A DNA stretch of 16,463 nt from an archaeon (GCA_043819075.1 JBDRFE010000055.1:1-16463), one strand, 5' to 3'. Shown: positions 1-7,603, counted from the first letter of the stretch. The notes: generated by a model from the sequence alone, not told the origin. Numbers and translations are program-made.

Positions 1-114
1 ACAATAAGATTCATCCTTAACCTCTAAAGCCTTATTATAATAACCATCATCATTAAACACACAGCCAACTAAAAAGACTGACAAAAAAACAAATAAACAC
101 AAAAACTTTCTCAT
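1..114 (-). CDS. Putative lipoprotein, 5' part only (runs off the left edge); not in the supplied ORF track
   Basis: Reverse-strand translation from ATG at 114: MRKFLCLFVFLSVFLVGC-VFNDDGYYNKALEVKDESYC, open to the edge. It has a basic N-terminus, a hydrophobic core and an LVGC lipobox. A GTGAT SD-like site ends 6 nt before the ATG. Confidence 0.75.
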   Translation of the reverse strand, partial: MRKFLCLFVFLSVFLVGCVFNDDGYYNKALEVKDESYC

Positions 115-219
115 GTACACATCACTTTCTACTTAAAGCAACTTTATGGAATGTTAACCCAACAAATTAAAAAAGATATTGTCTAGAAAGCTAAAAAAAC
201 TATTGTTTTAACAGAAAAA

Positions 220-285
220 AAATCCTAATCACAGGAAAAACTTTAAACAACAAGCTTTTTATAGGAAAAGACTACATTAAAGTAA
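220..285 (+). repeat. 66-bp direct repeat, copy 1 (partner 924-989)
   Basis: 61 of 66 nt identical to 924-989, with a perfect 41-nt core (245-285 = 949-989). It translates as ILITGKTLNNKLFIGKDYIKV, and that frame ends in a TGA overlapping the ATG at 296. Confidence 0.95.
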
Positions 286-290
286 AGGAG
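248..290 (+). promoter_or_regulatory. Candidate archaeal BRE/TATA promoter and RBS for the 296 gene
   Basis: CAACAAGC-TTTTTATA (TATA-like at 256-263), about 33 nt upstream of ATG 296, with AAGGAG at 285-290. Confidence 0.4.
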
Positions 291-295
291 AAAAA

Positions 296-868
296 ATGAA
301 AAAAACAATTTTTTTTGGGAGCATTGTTTTTGTATTATTCTTCCTTATGCTGAATTCTTCTGCTGAACTTGTTGCACTTCCAACTATGGTAAACAATGAA
401 ACCATGCAATGTTTGGATACACTAGGAAAATTTGGAGGAGACGAATGCACTATTTGTTCAATTGAAGGTTTAGGCCAAGAATGGGAACAATTGAATTCCA
501 TTAATGAATGCCCGCCAGAATATGAATTTGTTAAGCTTGAGGCTATTGGAGCTGAATACGTTTGCAAAGCATCAAAAGATGCTTTTTGTTGTACAATAAG
601 ACACAGTGGTTCTGGAGGAGACTGCAAAAACTTAATTATTAACAACAAAGAAAAAAAATGCGCTTTTTTGGAAGACAATACCACAAAATGTTATCCTCCA
701 AAAGATTGGGAAAAATCATCAGAATTGTGTCCAATAGAATACAAATGGATCGAAAATCAATGTTCTAAGAAAGAAACTGATTCAAATCAAAATTATCTAA
801 TACTAATAACAGGCATAATAATAGTTATTGTTCTGGTCCTTTGGGCAATCAAAAAAAAACAGCCATAA
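296..868 (+). CDS. Cys-rich single-pass membrane protein of unknown function, 190 aa
   Basis: N-terminal signal peptide (MKKTIFFGSIVFVLFFLMLNSSA), 12 Cys in the ectodomain (e.g. FCCTIRHSGSGGDC), and a C-terminal TM helix (LILITGIIIVIVLVLWAI) followed by KKK. AAGGAG RBS. Confidence 0.9.
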   Translation: MKKTIFFGSIVFVLFFLMLNSSAELVALPTMVNNETMQCLDTLGKFGGDECTICSIEGLGQEWEQLNSINECPPEYEFVKLEAIGAEYVCKASKDAFCCTIRHSGSGGDCKNLIINNKEKKCAFLEDNTTKCYPPKDWEKSSELCPIEYKWIENQCSKKETDSNQNYLILITGIIIVIVLVLWAIKKKQP

Positions 869-1000
869 ATTAAATTTTACAGGCATTCAGTGAAAAACCT
901 TTTACCAACAGGAGAACAAATTGAAATACTAATAACAGGAAAAACCACAAACAACAAGCTTTTTATAGGAAAAGACTACATTAAAGTAAGAGAAAAAAAA
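869..1000 (+). pseudogene. Remnant of the C-terminal end of a secreted-protein domain
   Basis: Starts right after the TAA at 868 and reads IKFYRHSVKNLLPTGEQIEILITGKTTNNKLFIGKDYIKVR. From memory this resembles a C-terminal motif of archaeal/bacterial secreted proteins (VKFDR..V..LL..G..V.L.VTG....G..F.G.D.I.V). Three of the five differences from repeat copy 1 are synonymous third-position changes. Confidence 0.5.
924..989 (+). repeat. 66-bp direct repeat, copy 2 (partner 220-285)
   Basis: Direct alignment at offset 704, 5 mismatches. Confidence 0.95.
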
Positions 1001-1145
1001 GTTCTCAGAACCGATTTCGCTTGGCAACAACCGTCTCGCTCGGTTGGTGTGCGTGCAGGACTTTCAGTCCAGCTTGCTTCGCCATTTTTCTGTCAGACCG
1101 TAACTGCACAATAATTCGCTTTGCTCAGCCGAGCCGGCTTCGCTT
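1001..1145. other. GC-rich intergenic element with nested inverted repeats
   Basis: About 53% GC over 1001-1140 by hand count. Stems: GCTCGGTT/AGCCGAGC (1038-1045/1127-1134, one G-U), GTGCAG/CTGCAC (1053-1058/1104-1109), GGACT-TTC-AGTCC (1058-1070), and an alternative CAACCG/CGGTTG (1028-1033/1041-1046). TTCGCTT occurs three times. Confidence 0.55.
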
Positions 1146-1168
1146 AATTCTATAATAAAAAAAATTAG

Positions 1169-1267
1169 TTGGAAAGTGAATTAGGAGGAAAGAAAAGGTT
1201 TCTTTCCTCAATTCAAGAGAGTTGGTTTTGAACTCGAAAAAGAATTTGAGATAGGCTCACCTTCCAA
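1169..1267 (-). ncRNA. Candidate structured small RNA or cis element
   Basis: The ends pair over 11 bp (1169-1179 with 1257-1267; the single mismatch becomes G-U on the - strand). Inside are a perfect 11-bp hairpin (1185-1195/1199-1209) and a GAGTT/AACTC stem (1219-1235). On the - strand it is followed by a U-tract (A-run 1157-1164) and preceded by a TATA-like element (1301-1311). Confidence 0.3.
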
Positions 1268-1272
1268 GTTCA

Positions 1273-1311
1273 ATATAACGTATAATATTGGTGCAGACGT
1301 TATATATAAAA
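1273..1311. promoter_or_regulatory. TATA-like element overlapped by a 9-bp inverted repeat (candidate operator)
   Basis: ATATAACGT (1273-1281) and ACGTTATAT (1297-1305) form a perfect inverted repeat with a 15-nt spacer. TATATATAAAA lies at 1301-1311. Confidence 0.4.
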
Positions 1312-1477
1312 CCCGCAGTTTAAAAATTTTGCGTAGGTTTTTCTGGTTTTAAAGAAAAAAAAATGTTTTTTGAAACCAAAACAAATACTTCAACTAACTG
1401 GTTGATTTGACTTTAACTTAAAGCATAAAAACAAATAAAATCACTTAAGTTAATAGTTTTTTGCAGTTTAGGAGTTA

Positions 1478-4400
1478 ATGGTGGGAAGAATGAAAAAGGT
1501 TTTGTTAGTTATACTGATGCTGGCTTTTTTCATTCAAGTAAATTCTGCACAAGAAATAAATCAAAACACTGTTTATAATCCTGCATACAGTTTTCTGACA
1601 AACGACTTGAACTGGTATGATTACTATAATGTGACTGTCACATGCATTGATGAAAACACATATGATATAACTTGGAACGGAGATTCTTCAACTTCATTTA
1701 TTTCCGGTGCATTAAGTGCAATGGCAGACCCGATCTGGGTAAGCACGCAAGACGGGTGCAGAGCATATTATATGACTGATAGTGTGGGAATTGATTACTG
1801 TGCGCAAATATGTGGCACCAATATTACATACCGTTGTTCATCCACTACTGATCAAAGCTATAACGCAAACCAGTTTGAATCACTTGCATATGTTATGTGT
1901 GATTCCTGTTCATTTAAACAACAGGTAATAAATAATTATTATAACAGATGCCCTAATCCAACCTGTTATTCAAGTTACAGTTATTCAAATTTAATTCTTC
2001 CAAATGAAAGCGGTTATTATGCAGCAAATTACTGTAAGTATTCAAGCAGGGTTTCATGCGGCAGCAACGCTTATTGTTCTTCCGGCAGCTGCCAATGCAA
2101 TGCAGGATATGGAAACTGTAATGGAAACCAAAGCGATGGATGTGAAACAAACCTTAATTCAGACAATTATAATTGCGGTTACTGTGGGCATTATTGCGGT
2201 TCAGGTTATGCGTGTGTTAGTGGAAGCTGTGTATTACAAGACCCTTGCTCTGGAGTTACTTGCAGTAATTATTGTTCAGGCGAAACCCGTTTTTTCAGCG
2301 GTTATTGTTCTGGTGGAAGTTGTATTGGATACAATTCACAGAACTGCAATAATTTTGACGGATACGCCTGCAATGGAAACACCAGAGAATACAGGGATTA
2401 TTATTGTTCTCCTAATTCATGCAATTATTCTGTTTCAAGTTCAACTAACTGTAATTCATTAGACAATTATAGTGACTGGGAATACTATTGTTCTGGCAAC
2501 AACAGAAGACAGCATAGATTATTTTATGACTACAGTTGTTCTGCAAGCAATTGTTCTTTAAGTTCCTCTAATTATGTTGATGATTCTTTAACAGAAGAAT
2601 GCAGGCTTGAATGCCTTGGAAGTTCTCCTAACGCTTACTGCAATAACGGCTGTTCAGGGCAATTAAATGTGATTATCCAAGACAAACAAGGAACTTTATT
2701 ACAGAATGCTTTAGTTTATGTTAATGGTTTTCTTAAAGGAGCAACTGATTCTCAAGGAAAATTAAGTGTTCCGACTTTGAGCTCTGATTGCGGGGAAATT
2801 TTTTCAGTTAAAGTTGTTTCATCCAAAGGAACTGACTGCGGGACAAAAACAACAATCATTAACTCTGACTTGGATAACGACTTTATTTATTTTGCCTGCA
2901 AAGACCCTTTACCTAAACTTGAATTAGATGCTGTGCCTGGAACTTACACTTATGTTTTAGGAGAAATAATTAATTTTTCTGTTGAAGTCTTTGATGAATT
3001 CTCTGCGTTTCTTTCAAATGTTTTAGTAGGCGTTGACGACCCAGTCAAAAGCACTTCTTTTTTTGGCTTGATTCCATCTTTTCCCTGGACTTATTCCAGC
3101 CAAGCAATTAAAACCGGTTCAAGTGAATTCAAATTCAGTGCACAAAAAACAGGTTTTGAGCCAGACTACAAAAAAGTTTCAGTTCAAGTGGAATCACTTC
3201 CAACAATAAAAATCCAGGTAAAAGACACGCAAAACAACGCAATACAGAATGCAAAAATATACTTGGACGAAAAATTCGCAGGAACAACAAATTCTTCAGG
3301 AACAAAAAACATTGAAGTTTCCAAAGGCCTTCATTCAGTTGAAGTTCAATGCGCTAACAGCAAATCCTGCGGAAAAAAATCCGTTGTAGCAGTCAGCGGA
3401 GAAAACACAACAAACTTTTCATGCAACTGCAAAACAAGCACTCTTGTAAAAGTTTACACTCGAACGGAAAACATTCCCTTAAGCAACGCATACATTTTTG
3501 TTGACGACGAAAACAAAGGAATAACAAATGTAACAGGAACAGCATACCTTAACGATGTTCCATTAGGGGAACACAAAGTAACCGCCTACATAAAATGCAA
3601 AAACAATCCAGAAGACGAAAACACTCAAGTATATTCAGCCAGCAAAATTGCAAACATTGACTCTCACAACACAACCATTAATTTTTCAACAGAAGATTTT
3701 CTATTATCATCAACAGAACAAAATGAAAACCCAGAACTCATTCAACCACAAGTAATACCATTAGTAGTAGCAATGGGAATTGCCACAGCATTCATTGTAA
3801 GCCTAATCGCTTACAAAGGATTTGTTGAACCAACCCTTGATGAAATAACAATATACAACCACGAATGCGTAACACCATGGCTTAACGCAGGAGAATGGAA
3901 TAATCAATGCTGGGACGAAACAGTATACTTAGGCGGCATGTGCACAATGCTCGCACTAGAAAAAACAAAAATACCAAAAAAATATGTTTCAGGAATCAAA
4001 GGAATAGGAAGCAAAATCATCCAAGAAATTCCCGCAAACGCAAGACTCACAAAAAGCTTTGGAAAAATCAAAGTATACCAAGACGGAACAAACAAACTCT
4101 TTGCAAAAAAAATAGAAGGAATAGGCTGGAAAATCACAAGCTTAGAAGAAGTTATAGGGGTTTTTAAACAAGTAAAAAATAATGCTATTAAAATTAACAT
4201 GGAAACTAAGACATTAACAATAGGAGGACGCAACATAACTAAAACAGACATAACAGAATATGTTCAGCAAAGCGAATGGAATAACCAAATAGGGAAAGCC
4301 AGATGGGAAAAAGCAAGAGGGATTATTGTAGAAATGACAGGGGATGCATCAATAAATGAAGTAGCCACTCAAATTGGCGGAACAGCATTCAAAAGAACTT

Positions 4401-4792
4401 CAAGTGACTTCATAAAAAACTTTACATATAATGGACAACCAGCATATCTTACTTTCACAAAAAACGGAAGAAACATTGCAGCAAAGTATACAACAGGGCA
4501 AGATATTACTGAATTCGATGCATTACTGGAAAAAGACGGAGTATATTTCATAGTAGAAGGAAAAGCAGGAAATGTCTTCAACGAAATAGGCAGCATAACA
4601 ACACAACAACAAACACAAAAAAAAGTAATGGAAGCTGCTTTCAATGCACCAAACGAACACGTTTATGTAGTGCCAAAAGACATAGCTAACGCAACACAAA
4701 TTGGAGAACTTGAAAAATTAGGGAAAGTTATAGATGTGCCTTATACAAATAAAGAACTGTTAGATATTAGTGGGAAAATTATGGGGGGGTAA
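1478..4792 (+). CDS. Secreted multidomain protein; putative polymorphic toxin with a C-terminal PD-(D/E)xK nuclease-like domain, 1104 aa (alternative start 1490)
   Basis: Signal peptide MKKVLLVILMLAFFIQVNSA-QE. About 370 aa of Cys-rich sequence including GCETNLNSDNYNCGYCGHYC. Three carboxypeptidase-regulatory/PEGA-like repeats (QNALVYVNG..KGATDSQG; QNAKIYLDEKFAGTTNSSG; SNAYIFVDDENKGITNVTG). Hydrophobic segment after QPQ (VIPLVVAMGIATAFIVSLIAY). Terminal motif TEFD-ALLEKDGVYFIV-EGK (D1014, E1027, K1029). Confidence 0.8.
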   Translation: MVGRMKKVLLVILMLAFFIQVNSAQEINQNTVYNPAYSFLTNDLNWYDYYNVTVTCIDENTYDITWNGDSSTSFISGALSAMADPIWVSTQDGCRAYYMTDSVGIDYCAQICGTNITYRCSSTTDQSYNANQFESLAYVMCDSCSFKQQVINNYYNRCPNPTCYSSYSYSNLILPNESGYYAANYCKYSSRVSCGSNAYCSSGSCQCNAGYGNCNGNQSDGCETNLNSDNYNCGYCGHYCGSGYACVSGSCVLQDPCSGVTCSNYCSGETRFFSGYCSGGSCIGYNSQNCNNFDGYACNGNTREYRDYYCSPNSCNYSVSSSTNCNSLDNYSDWEYYCSGNNRRQHRLFYDYSCSASNCSLSSSNYVDDSLTEECRLECLGSSPNAYCNNGCSGQLNVIIQDKQGTLLQNALVYVNGFLKGATDSQGKLSVPTLSSDCGEIFSVKVVSSKGTDCGTKTTIINSDLDNDFIYFACKDPLPKLELDAVPGTYTYVLGEIINFSVEVFDEFSAFLSNVLVGVDDPVKSTSFFGLIPSFPWTYSSQAIKTGSSEFKFSAQKTGFEPDYKKVSVQVESLPTIKIQVKDTQNNAIQNAKIYLDEKFAGTTNSSGTKNIEVSKGLHSVEVQCANSKSCGKKSVVAVSGENTTNFSCNCKTSTLVKVYTRTENIPLSNAYIFVDDENKGITNVTGTAYLNDVPLGEHKVTAYIKCKNNPEDENTQVYSASKIANIDSHNTTINFSTEDFLLSSTEQNENPELIQPQVIPLVVAMGIATAFIVSLIAYKGFVEPTLDEITIYNHECVTPWLNAGEWNNQCWDETVYLGGMCTMLALEKTKIPKKYVSGIKGIGSKIIQEIPANARLTKSFGKIKVYQDGTNKLFAKKIEGIGWKITSLEEVIGVFKQVKNNAIKINMETKTLTIGGRNITKTDITEYVQQSEWNNQIGKARWEKARGIIVEMTGDASINEVATQIGGTAFKRTSSDFIKNFTYNGQPAYLTFTKNGRNIAAKYTTGQDITEFDALLEKDGVYFIVEGKAGNVFNEIGSITTQQQTQKKVMEAAFNAPNEHVYVVPKDIANATQIGELEKLGKVIDVPYTNKELLDISGKIMGG
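3147..3178 (+). repeat. Perfect 32-bp direct repeat, copy 1 (partner 6000-6031)
   Basis: AAACAGGTTTTGAGCCAGACTACAAAAAAGTT, encoding TGFEPDYKKV. The offset of 2853 nt is exactly 951 codons. Confidence 0.97.
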
Positions 4793-4793
4793 A

Positions 4794-5945
4794 ATGGGTG
4801 AACCAAGTCTTCGGTGCAGCTTAGTTTTTAAAAACAAAAAAGGAATTTTTGACAAGTTTGCAGAATTTTTTGGCATAGTTGATGGAAAAGATGTTTACTT
4901 TTGGATTGAACACTTAAACGGAAAAGAAGAACTGAAAAAATATGTAATTAAACCAAAATATGTAACTATTGTGTCACATATTTTAAAAAAACCGCAGGAA
5001 TCTTCAGACATCAAAAAAATCTATGATTCACTTAAAAAAAATAAAAACCTAAAAAAATACGTTATAGAAATAATAAATGAAGACAAAAGCAATATTGGCA
5101 TAGCGAAAAACGAAAAAGTTTTTTATGACAGAAATGCACTAGAAGCAGCAGAAAAAATAACAAAAGAAGACCTAAAAGCAATATTATCTGCCATAAAACC
5201 TAATCAAAATATTTATCTCTTATTCGGAGACGAACACTTTGAATTCAGTCTATATTTAGAAAGACTTGTTCCCACAATTCACTTTTATTATGACTTGGGA
5301 AGAGATATAGGCGAAGCACTACAAAAGAACAGAGAAGAAATACTGAAAATAATACAAGAGTCAATTCAAAAAATCCAGCCAGATATTGCATACTTTGCCA
5401 GAGAAGGTTTAACTGATAGTGAATATGAATACCATTCAGACCCTTACTATTTTTGCCTCGAAGCCGTAGATTACACAGATGAAAAATATAAAGCTGAAGA
5501 AAATTTGTTCTTAAAAGAAAAAAACAAAAAAATTGAAGAAATCAAAAAAGTTTTGCCAAAAGAAGAACTATTTGAACTAATAAAAAAATACTCCGACAAA
5601 ACCATTGAACAAAACAACAATCTTATTGTGATTAGAGACGGAAGCAAATACCCTTACAAAATAGCAAATGACGTCTATCCTAGGTATTTCATTAGAAAAG
5701 AATTACGAAAAAGAGGAATAAAACTAAAAGAAGGCGAAGCAGAAAAATGGTTCAAAAAAGGATTAGTTATATGGCCTGAGAGAACCAAGGAAGCAGGTTT
5801 AATAAGCCAAGAAATTTATGACAAAATAAAAAAAGCTAAAGAAGAAGTGGAAAAAGAAAAAATAAAAGACTTTGAAACCGCAGACAAAAGGATAATAGAA
5901 AAAGCACTAACAAAAGAAGAATTAAAGGAGTTAGGGTTAGAATGA
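4794..5945 (+). CDS. Hypothetical cytoplasmic protein; candidate immunity protein for the upstream nuclease toxin, 383 aa
   Basis: ATG at 4794 is 1 nt after the toxin TAA and is preceded by a G-run RBS, so it is preferred over the GTG at 4770. Highly charged, with no signal peptide or TM helix. The immunity call rests on position only. Confidence 0.7.
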   Translation: MGEPSLRCSLVFKNKKGIFDKFAEFFGIVDGKDVYFWIEHLNGKEELKKYVIKPKYVTIVSHILKKPQESSDIKKIYDSLKKNKNLKKYVIEIINEDKSNIGIAKNEKVFYDRNALEAAEKITKEDLKAILSAIKPNQNIYLLFGDEHFEFSLYLERLVPTIHFYYDLGRDIGEALQKNREEILKIIQESIQKIQPDIAYFAREGLTDSEYEYHSDPYYFCLEAVDYTDEKYKAEENLFLKEKNKKIEEIKKVLPKEELFELIKKYSDKTIEQNNNLIVIRDGSKYPYKIANDVYPRYFIRKELRKRGIKLKEGEAEKWFKKGLVIWPERTKEAGLISQEIYDKIKKAKEEVEKEKIKDFETADKRIIEKALTKEELKELGLE

Positions 5946-6967
5946 AAAAACCAGCCCTTATTTTGATTTTAATTCTTTTAGCCTGTTTAGTTTCAGCTCA
6001 AACAGGTTTTGAGCCAGACTACAAAAAAGTTAATTTAAGCATTGAATCACTGCCTTCAATAAAAGTTTCAGTTAAAGATGTAGAAGAAACTCCAGTTCAG
6101 AATGCTAAAGTGTTTTTGGATGAAGAGTTTGTCGGAGAAACCGATTCTGTTGGAGAAAAATTGACGCAGGCTTCAAAAGGATCACATGAAATTAAAGTAG
6201 AAAATTTTGCAGGGGAAACATGCGATTCAAGGCAAGTTACTTTTGGCGGGCAAACAACAGCATTGTTTAATTGCTGTAACACAGGTTATGCATGCAAAGA
6301 CACAAACACTCTTATATATAGGACTCCAAGCTGTTTGCTGTCACAAGAAACAAACTGCGAATACGGCTGTAACTTAAATTCAAATCAATGCAGAGAAAAA
6401 ATTGAACCAACAAAAGGAATCTGGGATTGCAGTGGCTACAGCGGAACTGACTTTAATGGAGTAATGCCTTCAGGGAAATTCACTGCACAAAACTCATATT
6501 GTACTATATTAATGGAAGCAGAATTTGTCAGCATAATAGTGATTATGACTACATTTATGCTTTATTTAACCATACAACAAACTGCAACAGCAACACAAAC
6601 TACCTTTTCATATTATGGAATTCCAAAATACGATAGAACATTCAAAGATTTATATTACCATTATAACAAACACAAATCAGAATTTGGAACTCCCTACATC
6701 ACCATAGATGAATATATAGACAAATGCAAAAATGTGCTTAATTCGCAAACAACCCAAAAATATTATCAACCACAAAACCCAAAAGATCCAGAAGGATATG
6801 CAGCATACGATCCTGTACAAAAAATCTATGCTGTTGGGGATACCCTTGGAAGGATAATTACCTGTTTTAAACCTGAAGAAGAGCAAGAATATATAAATAA
6901 AAAAATAAAAGAAGGAAAACTAAAAAAAATTCCAATTGAAATAGCACCATACGAAGGAGGAGAATAA
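5942..6967 (+). CDS. Second, shorter secreted putative toxin with a BECR-fold/colicin D-like RNase-type C-terminal domain, 341 aa
   Basis: ATGA overlap with the upstream gene. The signal peptide MKKPALILILILLACLVSA-Q joins directly to a region paralogous to about aa 558-650 of the 1478 protein. Then a Cys-rich stretch, a hydrophobic segment (FVSIIVIMTTFMLYLTI), and a tip with HYNKHKSEFG...EY...YDP...AVG...GRIITCFKP. Confidence 0.75.
   Translation: MKKPALILILILLACLVSAQTGFEPDYKKVNLSIESLPSIKVSVKDVEETPVQNAKVFLDEEFVGETDSVGEKLTQASKGSHEIKVENFAGETCDSRQVTFGGQTTALFNCCNTGYACKDTNTLIYRTPSCLLSQETNCEYGCNLNSNQCREKIEPTKGIWDCSGYSGTDFNGVMPSGKFTAQNSYCTILMEAEFVSIIVIMTTFMLYLTIQQTATATQTTFSYYGIPKYDRTFKDLYYHYNKHKSEFGTPYITIDEYIDKCKNVLNSQTTQKYYQPQNPKDPEGYAAYDPVQKIYAVGDTLGRIITCFKPEEEQEYINKKIKEGKLKKIPIEIAPYEGGE
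6000..6031 (+). repeat. Perfect 32-bp direct repeat, copy 2 (partner 3147-3178)
   Basis: Identical to 3147-3178. It begins at the last base pair region of the SAQ that ends the predicted signal peptide. Confidence 0.97.
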
Positions 6968-7603
6968 ATGGAAGATTTAAAAAAAATAATTTTAGAGGAG
7001 CTCAACTCCAAAATAGCTGATTACAAAGAAAATGTTGATAGTTATGGAGAAAAAATAAAGAATCCTAAAAAATTTTTTAATGAACTTTCAACATGGGGAG
7101 GCACTTCTGCCAGAGCTCCAATACGTAAAAGGGCAAAGATTAATTTCTTGCTAAACTATACAAAAACTAACCAAATTACTACACCACAGTATATGAAAGA
7201 ACAAGAAGAACAATTAAAATTGCTAGATAAAGCATTTGAAAAAATAAAACAAAAAAAAGATTACCAAGAAAAACTTTTTCAAGAACTCTCAGATTCAGTA
7301 GTAGCTTATGAAAGAGCAATAAAATACATTAAAATAATGTTCTCAAATAGCGATGAATTCACAAATGACTTAGATGGAAGAGACATCTGCGAAATACTTC
7401 TAAAAGAATTAAAAGGAAAAAAAGGTGTTTCAGAATTTAAAAAAAGAGTTGAAAAAACTGACAACGAACTGAAAAAACACGCCCCAAAATTACTCAAAAT
7501 ATTTTATGGATACTATGAAGACGGAGGATGGGATTATTACCCTAAAAGTTATTGGTGGAGGCACTTAAAAGAATTTGTGAAAGAAAAAGGAGAGAAAAGC
7601 TAA
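6968..7603 (+). CDS. Hypothetical helical cytoplasmic protein; candidate immunity protein for the second toxin, 211 aa
   Basis: ATG directly follows the toxin TAA, with a GGAGG RBS inside the toxin's 3' end. No signal peptide or TM helix. C-terminal aromatic motif YYPKSYWWRHL. Function is inferred from position. Confidence 0.7.
   Translation: MEDLKKIILEELNSKIADYKENVDSYGEKIKNPKKFFNELSTWGGTSARAPIRKRAKINFLLNYTKTNQITTPQYMKEQEEQLKLLDKAFEKIKQKKDYQEKLFQELSDSVVAYERAIKYIKIMFSNSDEFTNDLDGRDICEILLKELKGKKGVSEFKKRVEKTDNELKKHAPKLLKIFYGYYEDGGWDYYPKSYWWRHLKEFVKEKGEKS

Noticed and set aside
799..813. 15-nt match AATACTAATAACAGG to 925-939
   Set aside because: Short and A-rich, encoding ILITG in a TM helix; compatible with chance.
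220..989. CRISPR array or DGR template/variable repeat reading of the direct repeats
   Set aside because: There are only two copies, 704 bp apart, with no cas or reverse transcriptase gene. The few mismatches mostly fall at synonymous codon positions, which fits ordinary coding divergence.
890..1114. 74-aa ORF from the track as a real gene
   Set aside because: GTG start with no RBS. It joins the repeat-encoded gene remnant to read-through into the GC-rich hairpin element.
2004..2462. 152-aa hydrophobic alternative-frame ORF
   Set aside because: It is a shadow of the TGT/TAT/AAT-rich Cys-rich frame, which gives Val/Ile-rich text when shifted.
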